A stretch of 64,000 nucleotides of DNA from the human T2T-CHM13v2.0 reference genome, Homo sapiens. Within the stretch, counting starts at the first letter, position 1. Every line of letters begins with the position of its first letter. Below the pieces are notes generated by a model. The model was given only the letters and a program-made list of their open reading frames with translations. It was not told the origin of the DNA and did not search any database. Both the position numbers and the translations under genes were made by a program. The stretch is from the NCBI RefSeq assembly GCF_009914755.1, contig NC_060928.1. One strand, 5' to 3'. This document shows, piece by piece, positions 14,091 to 28,096 of the stretch.

Positions 14091-16564
14091 GTTACATACA
14101 TATGCACACACATATATAAAATAGTTGGAGGGATTTTTCTCCAAAAAGTTAAGTGAAATATTTCTAAGAGGTAAAATGTAGGATGACCTTATGTTTATTC
14201 TCTTTGATTGCTGATACTTCTAATTTTTCTACAGTATAAATAAATTTGAATAATAAAATAATTTTATACCAAAATAAATAGGTTAGACTAGATGAGCTTT
14301 TAGGTTCTTTCAGAAAAATAATGTTTTGTGATTCCACATACTAAATAAAGAAGCAGGACATTTTTTGTTGTAGGAGGGTAGACCTCCCTACCACCTGTCT
14401 CTGGGAGATTCCAGGGATATACCTACACACAGAGTGTTACTGTTGTCCGTGCTGTGGGAATCAGGAGAATTGTTGATGTGGAAAGACTGTTACTCTGTTG
14501 TGACTTCATTGCAACCTGAAGCTCGCTCTGCCTCTGTGCTGGTTTGCAAAGCAGCAGTGGAATGACAGGAAGGGGCTGGAAGCAGTACCCACAGTGTGTT
14601 TAGGAGAATTATTATTCAGTGGCACACAGTTCCTTCCCATATAAATAGCCAAGTATGCTTTTAAATTATCCTTTTAAAGCTTAAGGGTCAAAAGGCGTTT
14701 TGAAGCAGGAGTGTAAGGAAGAAGAGGATCCTTAGGTTAGAAGAAAAAGAAGTATATTCAGTTTTCCTGTGTCTTTCCTCTTGTCCAAAATGTGAAGAGA
14801 CAAAATGGAAGCAGCAAGTACTAGCAGTTGATAGCCATTGTAATGGATGAAGGGAATATATAGTAGGAGAAATAGGCTTGCTACAGATAATCAAGATTTT
14901 GCGTAACTGAATGAAGCATTTGACGAATCTTTAAGGGTTAATAAAGAATGATAGAAGTGGAATCAATTAAATTTGTTTTACTTACACCATGGTAAATGAT
15001 TTGTATACACTTTGAAGGAAAAGACTGATTTCAGTATTCTCCTGGGCTGCCCTTCGTTTTCATTCCTTGGAATAGCAGCTGAGTCAAAGTAGCTTAGCAT
15101 GGAAATCTTCTTCTTGAGAGAGAAAGCGAATTCTTTTCACAGCATCATAACCCAAACAGAATTTAGAAAGAATACATTTAAAACTATTTAAATAGAGACT
15201 GAAAGAATTGACAGAGGAAAGATGATTATGGTAAAATGGGCTTGCTCTGTCAATGATGCCAATGACTGTTTATTTCATAATGGAATGAGGCCCTAGCATG
15301 GCAATACCAGAGCCTCAGGGCCTTACCTTTTAGATTATAGCACTGAGATCTCAATCTCTGGTTGTTAGCAATTCTTTGGCACTGCCTAATTGAAAACACA
15401 GCTTCTTAAAATTTTGATCAAAAATCATCATATCATTCATTTCATAAGTATTTATGGATACTCCTTATATGGCAATAAACCAGTTTTCCCTGATAAGGAT
15501 TCAAAGAAAAATAAGTAAGATTAGTAGGTTTTCAAATATGGGGACATGCGTTCTTCCCTTTCCATAATTCTGAGGAACATTTCTGATTAGACTTTTTGTA
15601 TGGCCAATTAAATAATAAGCATAGAATAATTTTTGTCATTTCTCGATGTAGATATAACAAAGGAATCTCTAAGTTTCAACTTTCTCAAGTATCCATTTTT
15701 GATTCAATATGATTGTGATTTTCTTCTGAGAAACTCTGAGAAATTCACTAAGTGAATATCCCAGAAATAGGATGTTACACAGTTGGTTCACAAAATAAGA
15801 TTAATGAAACCATGTAGTTGGTGATGACAAGGTCATGCTGAGCAGTCATTGGAGATTAGGCTGTAACCATCTGTTTTCCATGTGATGTCTTAATAGACAC
15901 ATTAAGATGTTATTACAGTAAGCCTCCTGGATATTTGTAGATCAGGGAACTTAGGCACAAGGAAGGAATTTGTGATACCCTTGAATTACCACAAGGAATG
16001 CTTGTGGCCTACATTTTAAAAAGTGGTCCCATGTTAAGGTTCTTGGGGATTTGATTGTTTTGTTTTGTTTTGTTTTCAATTTCAAGGAACATTTCGTCAA
16101 GGGACTCAGACCATAAAAAGGTAAGAATGGAGAGGTTACTCAGAGAGAAAGTAGAGCTGAGAATTCAATAAAAAAAAAAAGACAAAAGAAAAGAAATCTT
16201 CAATCTTTGATAAGAAGAAATTGATTAGAGAAAATCATAGTTATGCATTATACTTGATATAAATACCATGATAATAATAAGGAATTCTTATGATGACATT
16301 CTACTTAAAACTGCTCACCCACATTAAAAAATATGTACAGATGCATATGCAGGTATACACAAAATATCAGCATATCATCTATTCATTCAATAAATATTTA
16401 TGGAAACCTACTATATGCCAGGTAAAAGTTTTTTCTAAGAGATATCTGATCTCTCCACTGACTTTTAATTTAAGAGAGATTTAACTTGTCATTGGAATAT
16501 ACATATAGCATACAAAATGCAAGGACTTTGTCAGATTCTGCTTTTTAAAAAAATAGAGATAATA

Positions 16565-17022
<458 letters not shown>

Positions 17023-17469
17023 TTACTTTACTCTAGAGGAACTCTTCAGCCTTTCATTCATAACTTTTTTTTTAAACTACAGAGATGATGACAGCTTTGA
17101 TTATCAGCAGATTGTAAGGGGGCAAATTCAGAGAGTAGAAAAAAAAAAGCTAGCGTGAGACTAGTAATTGAAAGCAAACTGATGACAAAAGAGAGAGAAA
17201 ATTATTAAAATCATCATAATAAGATAAAATAAGTTTGACACATCTAGTTTAGGGATAATGACCTTGCCTACTGCCGAAGTAGTAAGGGTAGTATTATTTT
17301 TCCAGTACTTTATTATAACTTCTGCTTTAAATAATAGATTTGAGCCACCTAGGAAAGGTTGTTAGGTTTATTTGTGTAGTAAGACAGAAAATGTGTGATT
17401 TTTTATACGTATTTCTAACTAAAATTGTGAAGAAAAATTAAAAGTTGACTAAAAAACTATTTGTGAAAT

Positions 17470-17571
17470 TGAAACCTACTCAATAATCCTATAAAAAGTT
17501 TTTTGGATAAATATAGAAATAGACCCTTCTAGTCTTAAAGCTTGAAACTTACATTTGTTTTATCTGAGTTC
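17470..17571 (+). mobile_element. 5' stub of an ERV1 (MER4-group-like) LTR
   Basis: Starts TGAAACC and contains ATAGAAATAGACCCTTCTAGTCTTAAAGCTTGAAACTTACATTTGTTTTATCTGAGTTC, which I recall from ERV1 LTRs. Exact family is uncertain. Confidence 0.6.
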
Positions 17572-17756
17572 AAGACCAGTCTGGCCAAAATGGCAAAACC
17601 CTGTCTCTACTAAAAATACAAAAATTAGCCAGGTGTGGTGGCACACGAAGTTGCACTGAGCTGAGATCAGGCCACTGCACTCCAGCCTGGGTGACACAGC
17701 AAGACTCTGTCTCAACAAAGAAAACAGCAGTAACAACAACAACAACAAAAAACAAC
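17566..17756 (+). mobile_element. 5'-truncated, internally deleted Alu with (CAA)n tail
   Basis: GAGTTCAAGACCAGTCTGGCCAA...CTACTAAAAATACAAAAATTAGCCAGG; GGCACACG joins AAGTTGCACTGAGC, skipping part of the right monomer. Confidence 0.9.
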
Positions 17757-20032
17757 TAATATGGTTTGGCTGTGTCCCCACCCAAATATCATCTTGAATT
17801 CCCACATGTGGGAGGGACTGGTGGGAGGTAATTGAATCATGGAAGTGGTTCTTTCCTGCGCTGTTCTCATGAAAGTGAATGAGTCTTATGAGATCTGATG
17901 GTTTTTAAAATGGGAGTTTCCCTGTACAAGTTCTCTTTTTGTCTGCTGCCATCCATGTAAGACGTGACTTGCTCCTCCTTGCCTTTCACCTTCTGCCATG
18001 ATTGTGAGGCCTCCTTGGCCAGGTGAAAATGTAACTCCAATAAGCCTCTTTGTTTTGTAAATTGCCCAGTCTCAGGTATGTCTTTATCAGCAGCATGAAA
18101 ACAGACTAATACAGTAAATTGGTACCTGGAGTGCGGGGGTGCTGAAAAGATACCTGAAAATGTGGGAGCAACTTTGGAACTGGGTAACAGGCAGAGGTTG
18201 GAACAGTTTGGAGGGCTCAGAAGAAGACAGAAAAATGTGGGAAAGTTTGGAACTTCCTAGAGACTTGTTCAATGGCTTTGACCAAAATGCTGATAATTAT
18301 ATGGACGATGAAATCCAGGCTGATGTGGTCTCAGATGGAGATGAGGAACTTATTGGGAACTGGAGCAAAGATGACTCTTGTTATGTTTTAGCCCCTGCCC
18401 TAGAGATCTGTGGAGCATTGAACTTGAGAGTGATGATTTAGGGTATCTGGCAGAAAAAAATTCTAAGCAGCAAAGCATTCAAGGGGTGACTTGGTTGCTG
18501 GTAAAAGCATTCCATTTTAAAAGGCAAATGGAGCATAAAAGTTCAGAAAATTTGCAGCCTGACAATGTGATAGAAAAGAAATCCAATTTTCTGAGGAGAA
18601 ATTGAAGTCGGCTACAGAAATTTGCATAAGTAATGAGGAGCTGAGTGTTAATCACCAAGAAAATGGGGAATATGTGTCCAGAGAATGTGAGGGACCTCTG
18701 CGGCAGCCTCTCCCATTACACACCCGGATGTGTAGGAAGAAAAAATGGTTTTCTGGGCCAGGCCCATGGTCCCTCTGCTGTGTACAGTTGAGGGAGTTGG
18801 TGCCCTTCATCCAAGCCACTCCAGCCTTGACCAAAAGGGGCCAAGGTACAGCTCAGGCTGTTGCTTCAGAGGGTGGAAGCCCCAAACCTTGGCAGCCTCC
18901 ATGTGGTGTTGAGTCTGCGGGTGCACTGAAGTCAAGAATTGAGGTTTGAGAACCTCCACCTAGATTTCAGAGGATGTATGGAAATGCCTGGATACCCAAG
19001 CAGAAATTTCCACTCCATGAGTGGAACCCTCATGGAGAACTTCTGCTAGTGTGGTTCAGAAGGAAAATGTGGGATCAGAGCCCCCACACAAAGTTCTTAC
19101 TAGGGTACAGCATAGTAGAGCTGTGAGAAGAAGGTCACCATCCTCCAGACCCCAGAATGATAGATCCACTGACAACTTGCACCATGCTTCTGGAAAAGCC
19201 GCCCACACTCAATATTAGCCCATGAAAGCAGCCAGAAGGGGGCCTATATCCTGCACATCCACGGGGATGGAGCTTCCCAGGACCTTGGGAACCTACCCCT
19301 CGCATCAGTGTGACCTGGATGTGAGACATGGAATTAAATAAGTTCATTTTGGAGCTTTAAGAGTTGATTTCCCTCCTGGATTTCAAACTTGCAAGGGGCC
19401 TGTAACCCCTTTGTTTTGGCAAATTTCTCCCATTTGGAACAGCTGTATTTACCCAATGCCTATAACCCCATTGCTTCTAGGAAGTAACTAACTTGCTTTT
19501 GGTTTTACAGACTCATAGGCGGAAGGGACTTGCCTAGCCTCAGATGAAACTTTGGACTGTGGACTTATGGGTTAATGTTGAATGAATTAAGACTTTGAGG
19601 GACTGTTGGGAAGGCATGATTTGTTTTGAAAGGTGAGGACATGAGATTCGGGAGGGGCCAGGGATGGAATGATATGGTTTGGCCATGTCCCCACCCAAAT
19701 CTCATCTTGAATTCCCACATGTTGTGGGAGGGACATGGTGGGAGGTAACTGAGACATGGGGGCAAGTATTTCCTGCACTATTCTCGTGATAGTGAATGAG
19801 TCTCATGAGATCAGATGGTTTTAAAAATGGGAGTTTCCCTGCACAAGCTGTCTCTTCTTGCCTGTCACCATCTATGTAAGATGTGACTTGGTTCTCCTTC
19901 GCTTTAACTTTCTGTCATTATTGGGAGGCCTCCCCAGCCATGTGGAACAGTAAGGCCAATAAACCTCTTTGTTTTGTAAATTGCCCAGTCTTGGGTAGGC
20001 CTTTATCAGCAGGATGAAAATGGACTAATACA
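17757..20032 (+). mobile_element. Full-length THE1B-type MaLR retrotransposon (LTR 17757-18113, internal 18114-19669, LTR 19670-20032)
   Basis: Two ~360-bp direct repeats (TRATATGGTTTGGC...GACTAATACA); THE1 internal sequence (GTAAATTGGTACC...; decayed ORF pieces such as WEQLWNWVTGRGWNSLEGSEED); purine tract before the 3' LTR; 5-bp TSD ACAAC/CCAAC. Confidence 0.95.
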
Positions 20033-20160
20033 CCAACCAAATAAAAATAATTTGGTAAACTCATATTCTTTTGTAATACTCTTTGGCCCCAATATTCTTT
20101 GGAATCTGAAGCTTTCTGTTGAATGGGAAAGCAAGATGGATTTTGTGCTGTCTGTATATT

Positions 20161-20279
20161 CAGTAGAGATGGGGTTTCACCATGTTAACCAGGATGGTCT
20201 CAATCTCCTGACCTCGTGATCTGCCAGCCTTGGCCTCCCAAAGAGCTAGGATTACAGGTGTGAGCCACCGCACCTGGCC
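20161..20279 (-). mobile_element. Alu left-monomer fragment
   Basis: AGTAGAGATGGGGTTTCACCATGTTAACCAGGATGG...CACCTGGCC; no right monomer or tail. Confidence 0.92.
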
Positions 20280-23200
20280 AATATTCAGGCTTTTATGTTG
20301 CTGTTTTAAGCAGGGATGGGCTTGGTTAGTAGGTTCCAGGTGGTTTTCTGTGGTGCTCTTTGGCCCCAGTGCTCTTTGGTATCTGGGGAAGTTGGGCCTT
20401 TAAAAATCAAACTGCAATGGAAAATACTTCACCCAAAATTTTGGTTCAGCCATGTGAACATGTTTGTACACTGCTGAGTTTGTATTGCTGTCTCATGGCT
20501 AGAGTTCCAAGGTAAAAGCTATTGGGTCTTTGTCTGTGTGCATGTACACATTTCTAGATGTGTTTATGTGGATGTACATTTATTATGTTTTATGTTGTTT
20601 CTACCAAATTGTCTTATAAATAAAAGAGCACTCATAAATTAAGTAAATAAGTCTAAGCAATTTTCAGGTTCCCTGGACTCAAGTAAATCTTGACTAAAGA
20701 AGCTGGCTTTAAAATTATTGGTGAAATAAAAAATAGAAATGTCTTCAGAATTGTCAGCATACATTTTTGTCTGCATTTTATATTTGTCTCTGCTAGATAT
20801 TTTGAGAAATTAGGATTTGGCACAGAAAGTTATAAAACCATAAACCCAGCCAAAACAAAATGATCTTTGTGTGAATTTTTTGATAAGTAAGACTAATTTA
20901 ATGTTGTTAGTTTAATGAAAACAGTTGAATCTTCTGAGTTATTGGTGAAAATATCCATGTAGTTAACTTTAAGGTTCTTATTTAGGTGATCACCTCATAT
21001 GTACAGGTTATAAAAATATTTAACAAGAAAATAAATCATATATAAATGATCTAGATAAACTGCTAAAATAATTAAAATATAAATGGATGTGCCATAGGTA
21101 AACTTTTTGTGAAATTTAAAATTTTAAAATTATTTTTGATATTCATTAGATGCGTGAGTCATTTCCCATTAAGAAAGGGTTATGATATGGGGAAATATGT
21201 TTCAAAAAAGTGTAGAATTGTTCTCATCTGTAAGATGCTAATAACTGAGAGTTAAGGATTTCTTGCTTCCTAGGGTTTCACTAAAATTTAAGGTTGCTAT
21301 GAATAGGAGTTATAGTTACTATATAATTCTCTATATAAAATGTGCCTAATAAGATGTGATCCCAGTAAGGGAAAGAATCATTTCATCTAATCCAGAAGTT
21401 ATTAAAGGTTAATTCAAATTATACATTTGAAAAGGTTATTTCTGAAACAAGGTAGAAAGAAAACAGTAAAATAGGTGAGAGAGATGTGAAGAAAGTTATG
21501 GATATGAAGATGTATTTTTGGTAATGAAGGTTATAAAGAAAAGAATAATTTTGTATGAGAAAGGATCTTGTATGGTGTATTTGTGTCTTAAAATAAAATG
21601 ACTGGTCATTGAAAAAAAGAAAAGAAAATTTCGAACAAAAAAGAAAGTTCAAGCATGGTCTTGTAACATGGTCTGTGTAAGTTGTGTAGTATTTTTCCTG
21701 TTTCTATGTGTTTGTTAATGCACATACAGAGAAAATAGAAAGTTAAAAAGTTTAGATAGTAAAATATTCTTTAAAACTTGATAAAATCCTGGATAAATTT
21801 GGTGAATTAACACTGTTTATAGTTAAAACTTTTAGTGTCGATGAAGGTAAATTAAGAAATGTAATAAAATACGCTGGCAGTTTGGCAGTTCTTTTTTAAT
21901 ATACTTAAGCATGAATCCAGATTTAACATAGAGCCAAATTTTCCATAAATGCTTGCATTGCTTTGTTTCACTCTATATTTGCTCATCTGCATAGATAGTA
22001 CTAGCACTAAAGTACTTACTTACTGGTCATGTGTCTAAAGTGATTTTCTTAATTGCACAAAATGTATAGTGGTATCTTTAAGTCTAGTGCTAGACTTAAA
22101 GACATAATTTGTGTACCAGTAACAAAAAAATCTATCATGTGTATTTTAGGCTCTGGATAAAACTTTAGCCCCAAGGTTAACTGAGTAGGAGAAAAATTTG
22201 GAGTTGGTTCTCTATTTATTTGTTTTTGCTTTTAATTTAATTTGTATATATTTGCTGTTTGTTCTTCTTTGGGTTTTACTTATATATACATATAAAACCA
22301 TTGATGCTTTTTAGTTTCTAATGGAAATAATTTATTTTGTCCTATGAATAGCCATTTTGTTTCCTATGCATTTCTAGCAAGTCATCATTTGTTCTCTTTA
22401 TCTAGAATTCCTAAGTTACATTTGTCAAGCCTGCAAAAATTGATAGAGCCACACAGATCATTTAAAATTTGGTTGGTTTGGCTTACCTCTGATTTAGAAA
22501 GATACAAGAGCTTTAAGGTTCATGGCCAAAAAAAACAAACAGTATTTTTTTTTTCAAATTCTGCACAGAAACAGTACTTTATTTATTTCGTGATTTGAAA
22601 AAGCAGGTGAGGATAAAAATGTTTAAATGGTGTTTGTTTATTTCCAAGGTAATTAATCCAATTAACGATTTGAGTTGATTTCAGATATTTTCCTTTAGGT
22701 AATGAAGAAAAACTGTTATATTGGTACAAAGTTTTAATGTTTAGGAAAGATTGGCCTTGTCCTTAAGGAAATTATATTGATTGGGATTTCTCTCAAACAA
22801 ATTTAGTTGTGTTTACCATTATTAAAATAAGGCGACATTCACTTGGATTAAGTAGTAATAAAAAAAGTGACATTTTATGTATGTACTTGAAAATAATAGG
22901 TACAAATGTTGCACTGGTTTGAAGATTTTAGTGGTAAAAATTACCTAATTAGTTGTCAGTACTGTATTTGGAAAACAATCATGGAAATGGATGATGATGC
23001 TCTTTTAAAATATTAATAGCTCAAAAGAAATTACTGTGTGTTTGTTCTTACTTTGTCGCTGTTTTGTTGTATAATATTTAAGTGAAAGGAATTTATCCTC
23101 CTATTGAATTTCCAAAACTGATATTTTCATTTACCGTTTTTTTTTTTAAATAATGGAAAGAGAAGCTAGTTGTCTTACTGTGATAATGTGGCATAAGACT

Positions 23201-23849
23201 TACCACATTTTTGATGCTTTTGGTCCCAGTTCTGTCATTAGAATGCTAGCAATTAGACATATGCAGTGAGTTACCTACCTCCTGTAATAATGGTTTGAAG
23301 TGCTACAGGCAGGATTTCTTAGACATTAAATAACACTGTTTTAATTTGTGACAATGTTAGACAGAATGATGTCTGTCTTTAGTATACATATTCTATCAAA
23401 TAATCTTTGTGTTGTTAAGTTACAGGGCTTTGACTCCTTGGTCTGAAAAAGGCACTGACCCTTGCTTAGTCTTGAGCATTGACACCAGTTGAAGCCTCAT
23501 CTTCAGACCCAGCAGAAGGGGTCAATCAAAATGACTTGCTTTCGTAAGAAACAGGGCCAGAAATTAAAACTATTCAATCCCTCTAGACCCAGGGCCTATC
23601 ATGGAATAGTTGGGTTCATGAGATTGTAAGGGCCAATTTTGAGGGATAAGATTAGTTTAGAATTTTTTCATAAATACTAATATCAAAAGTACACTGGTGC
23701 AAGGCCAACATCTGGACCCATGTGTTGGATGGAATAACAGGGTTTTCTTGGCGCATTGATCTGCCCTTTTATAGAAAATTGTAAAAGGTTATAAAAAGTT
23801 TATGGAAATCTTACCTTATGGTCAAACTGATTAAAATTTGATAGATCTG

Positions 23850-24146
23850 GGCCAGGCATGGTGGCTCACGCTTGTAATCCCAGCACTTTGGAAGGCCGAG
23901 CTGGGGCGGATCACTTGAGGTCAGGAGTTTAAGACCAGCCTGGCCAACATGGTGAAACCCTGTCTCTACTAAAAATAAAAAAATTAGCTGGGTATGGTGG
24001 TGCACACCTGCAATCCCAGCTACTAGGGACACTGAGGCAGGAGAATCACTTGAACCCAGGAGGCAAAGGTTGCATGAGCCAAGATCGTGCCACTGCACTC
24101 CAGCTGGGGTGACAGAGCGACACTCCATCTCCCCCCCCAAAAAAAA
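23850..24146 (+). mobile_element. AluS-type SINE
   Basis: Full dimer GGCCAGGCATGGTGGCTCACGC...CACTCCATCTC, then C run and A tail. Confidence 0.95.
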
Positions 24147-24820
24147 GGGACAGATTTTTTTTATAAAGTTTTATTTAAATTAGTTTAACATTAACATAAT
24201 GTAGGCTAAATGAAGGACTGTTTTATCATAACTTGTGATCGTATTTTGTGATATCAAGTGTCTTAGACCTTTGATATTTGACAGACTTTCCAACAGTAAA
24301 ATTTCAAGTTCTAAATTCAGTCTTTTTGACCTTAAAATTTTTTGGATGTTAGGTTTCCTAAGTCCAAGAGAGACATATTAGGATTATTAGTTATGTTAGA
24401 ATTACACAGGAAGCATCGTCAATTGTGAGGTGGTATTTAACTTTATTTGAATTATATTTACATAGATATGTCTTAATATGTGTTCCAGGATTGTATGACA
24501 TTCCTGAAATTCTGATTATGTCTAAATATGTGTTGTCAGTAATGGTTATAATTGTTATGTTAAGTTGTTATATGCCACAGAAATAACCCAATTTCCTGGT
24601 CAACTGTACCTTTGATTATGGCTATCCTAAGACTTTTGTCATCCATAATTGTTTCACTTTAATTCTTCACAAAAAGTGACTTAATCAGCTGAAATCCAGC
24701 GTTTGTTTCTTTGGGGAGGTTCAGGGAAAGAACTCTTGAATGCAGGTTTCTAACAACTTTAGGGATTGTGGCACTGGATTAGAGAAAACTTCCAGGACTC
24801 TAATTAAAAAGGCTAATATG

Positions 24821-25105
24821 GGCTGGGCATGGTGGTTTATGCCTGTAATCCCACTCTGCGAAGCTGAGGCAGGTGATCACTTGGGGTCAGGAGTTCAAGA
24901 GCAGCCTAACCAACATAGCGAGACCCTGTCTCACTAAAAATACAAAAATTAGCCAGACATGTTGGCGAATGCCTGTAATGCCAGCTACTCAAGAGGCTGA
25001 GGCATGAGAATCACTTGAACCTGGGAGGCAGAGGTTGCAGTGAGCCAAGATCTCATCACTGCACTCCAGCCAGGGTGACAGAGGGATAATTCATCTAAAA
25101 AAAAA
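24821..25105 (+). mobile_element. Alu SINE (old AluS/J), diverged
   Basis: GGCTGGGCATGGTGG...; TSD AAAAAGGCTAATATG / AAAAATGCTGATATG. Confidence 0.92.
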
Positions 25106-25455
25106 TGCTGATATGTTCATAAAGATTGCTAATCCCATATGGAGCAGAGCAGGAGCTGACTGCATGGACTGAACTAATAGAGGACTGAACTAATTTTTAT
25201 GACTTATTTTGTTTGAAATATTGCTAATTATTTTTCTTTTGTTTTTCTGGGTCTGGAGAATTTCTTTCTTTTGAGCCACTTATAGTCTTAAAATATAATT
25301 TAAGTGTATTGAGTAGAGTATACTCTGGTAAACAGAATTTGAGTCATATTTCTCTCTCTTTGCCTGATTTCTTTAGAATTTGTAATATTTGTGAATATTC
25401 TTAATTCATGGCGTTGTATTTGTTTGCATATGTTTAACAAGAACTTGTTTTATTT

Positions 25456-25765
<310 letters not shown>

Positions 25766-25812
25766 TTATTTTATAATGGGGCACAGTTACAGGAACTGGT
25801 TATTTTCCCAGG

Positions 25813-26255
25813 TGTATCAGTCATGGTTCTCTAGAGGTACGGAACTAATGGAATAGATATATATATAGAGGGGATTTTTTATTAAGTATTAATTCACACA
25901 GTCACAAGGTCCCACAATATGCCGTCTGCAGGCTGAGGAGCAAGGAGAGCCAGTCCGAGTTCCAAAACTGAAGAACTTGGAGTTCGACGTTTGAGAGCAG
26001 GAAGCATCCGGTACAGGAGAAAGATGTTGGCTGGGAAGCTGAGCCAGTCTCTTTTCACATTTTCTGCCTGCTTATATTCTAGCCATGCTGGGAGCTGATT
26101 AGATGGTGCCCACTCAGATCAAGGGTGGATCTGCCTTTCCCAGCCCACTGACCCAAATGTTAATCTCCTTTGGCAACACCCTCACAGATATACCCAGGAT
26201 TAATACTTTGTATCCTTCAATCCAATCAAGTTGATACTCAGTATCAACCATCACA
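25813..26255 (-). mobile_element. MLT2A LTR, the 3' LTR of the HERV-L
   Basis: TGTATCAGTCATGGTTCTCTAGAGG...CAATCAAGTTGATACTCAGTATCAACCATCACA, followed by the reverse complement of a polypurine tract (AGTTCACCCCTTGT). Confidence 0.92.
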
Positions 26256-26847
26256 AGTTCACCCCTTGTAGACTTGAACCCATACACATCTCCTGAGATC
26301 AAACATAGTCTTCAAATAAAGACAATAATAAGGTCATAATTACACCTACCATAATACAACTATCCTTTGTACAGCCAGAAATATACCAATCCCCAACCCA
26401 AAAATTATTACATGAAGTTAAGAATACTTACATACTGATGTGAAGTCAATAAATCTTATGTCACATGATAAAGCAGAAAGGAAATTAAATGAAGATATTT
26501 TCTTAGTACAAGTGTATATATGCACAAACGTTTTAACAAAAGAAGGAGGAAATACTCATGAAAATTACTATCCACATTTCTGGAACTGGTCACGTGGTCA
26601 TAGCTGGTATTGATGACTACCTTCTTCCACTACAGAGTCTGTATTCCCTTTGCCTTCAGCAAGCACCTCAGCAGGTCATGGGGTTTTTTTGTTTGTTTGT
26701 TTGTTTTGTTTTGTTTTCCCTGGCAGAGTGACCTAAACCTTCATTCCTGAGGAGTCTGGGTCATTTGTAGTCCTGCCTGGATTGGGCTGTTGTAGTTTCC
26801 CATTGACCTTTATCACAGGGCATGGTAATACTAAGAGATATTCTTCC

Positions 26848-27138
26848 TTACCTCTGTTGTGGAGTAGTAGACTGATTTTGTTTTTGATAGTCCAGGTCAG
26901 TCACCCCAGCCAACAGTGTAACTCCCTTGTTAGCCTGTTGACATAAAGGTAGGAGGAGCCCAAAGTGTCCAGGTGGCAATCTTAACTTCAACTTTAATGG
27001 AACCATTGTTGTATCTCCTGGTGGCAGCATTCCTTCCTCTGGAACTAAGACCTCTACATGATCAGAATGTAATGTCGTGGTAACAGGAAGCAAAAAGTTT
27101 GCTAGTGGATCACTAGGGGTGATGGTGAGTGGTGCCAT
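26848..27138 (-). pseudogene. HERV-L dUTPase remnant
   Basis: VLVPEEGMLPPGDTTMVPLKLKLRLPPGHFGLLLP...GVTLLAGVTDLDY; a dUTPase 3' of integrase is the ERV-L hallmark. Confidence 0.85.
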
Positions 27139-27968
27139 TTACACTTCCAACACTTGATTCCTGGACCCGTGAATCTTGGCTATGGAAGGAACAATACCAT
27201 ATATTGGACACTGATTTAGAGCATACATGGCCTTCTGGAGAACTTTGCCCCAGCCCTGCAAAGTATTGTCATCTAGTTTGCATTGTAATTGTGACTTCAG
27301 AAGGCCATTCCACTGTTCTATCAATCTAGATGCTTCAGGATGATGGGGAACATGGGAAGACCAGTGAATTCCATGAACATGAGCCCACTGATGCACATCA
27401 TTAGCCATAAAATGAGTGCCTTGGTCAGAGACAATGCTGTGTGGAATATCAGGACGGTGGATAAGGCATTCCATGAGTCCATGGATGGTAGTTTTGGGAG
27501 AAACAGTGTGTGCAGGATAGGCAAACCCATATCCAGAGTAAGTGTCTATTCCAGTGAGGACAAACCTCTGCCCTTTCCATGATGCAAGAGGTCCAATATA
27601 ACCTGCTACCAGGTAGCTGGCTTATTGCCCCCAGGAATGGTGCCATATCACGGGCTCAGTGTTGGACTCTGCTGATGGCAAATTGGGCACTCAGTGGTGG
27701 CCATAGCCAGGTCAGCCTTGGTAGGTGGAAGCTCATGTTGCTGAGCCCATGTGTAACCCCCATCCCTGCCACCATGGCCACTTTGTTCATGAGCCCATGG
27801 AGTGATCACTGGGGTGGCTGGGGAAAGAGGCTGAGTGGTGTAAAGTGGAGTTATCCTATCCACTTGATTATTAAAATCCTCCTCTGCTGAGATCACCTGT
27901 TGGTGAGCACTCACATGGGATACAAATATAGTCACAGCTTTTGATCCCTCAGAGAGATCCATCCACAT
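27139..27968 (-). pseudogene. HERV-L integrase (with RNaseH C-terminus), frameshifted
   Basis: HHCC zinc finger AHEQSGHGG...CPIC (ORF 27648-27968); core IVSDQGTHF...HHPEASRLIEQWNGLLK (ORF 27139-27474). Confidence 0.9.
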
Positions 27969-28096
27969 ACCTCTTCCCCAAATTTCTTTGTCACCAATTT
28001 TCCAATCGTGCTTCTTCTAAGTCCCCGACCATCCAGGCAAACTATTAGCTATAGCCCATGAATCAGAATATAATCTCACATCTGACCATTTCTACC

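Noticed and set aside
18139-19347. Several 60-115 aa ORFs
   Set aside because: Fragments of the decayed THE1 internal ORF, not a host gene.
26848-27138. dUTPase as a captured or novel accessory gene
   Set aside because: A dUTPase downstream of integrase is a standard ERV-L feature.
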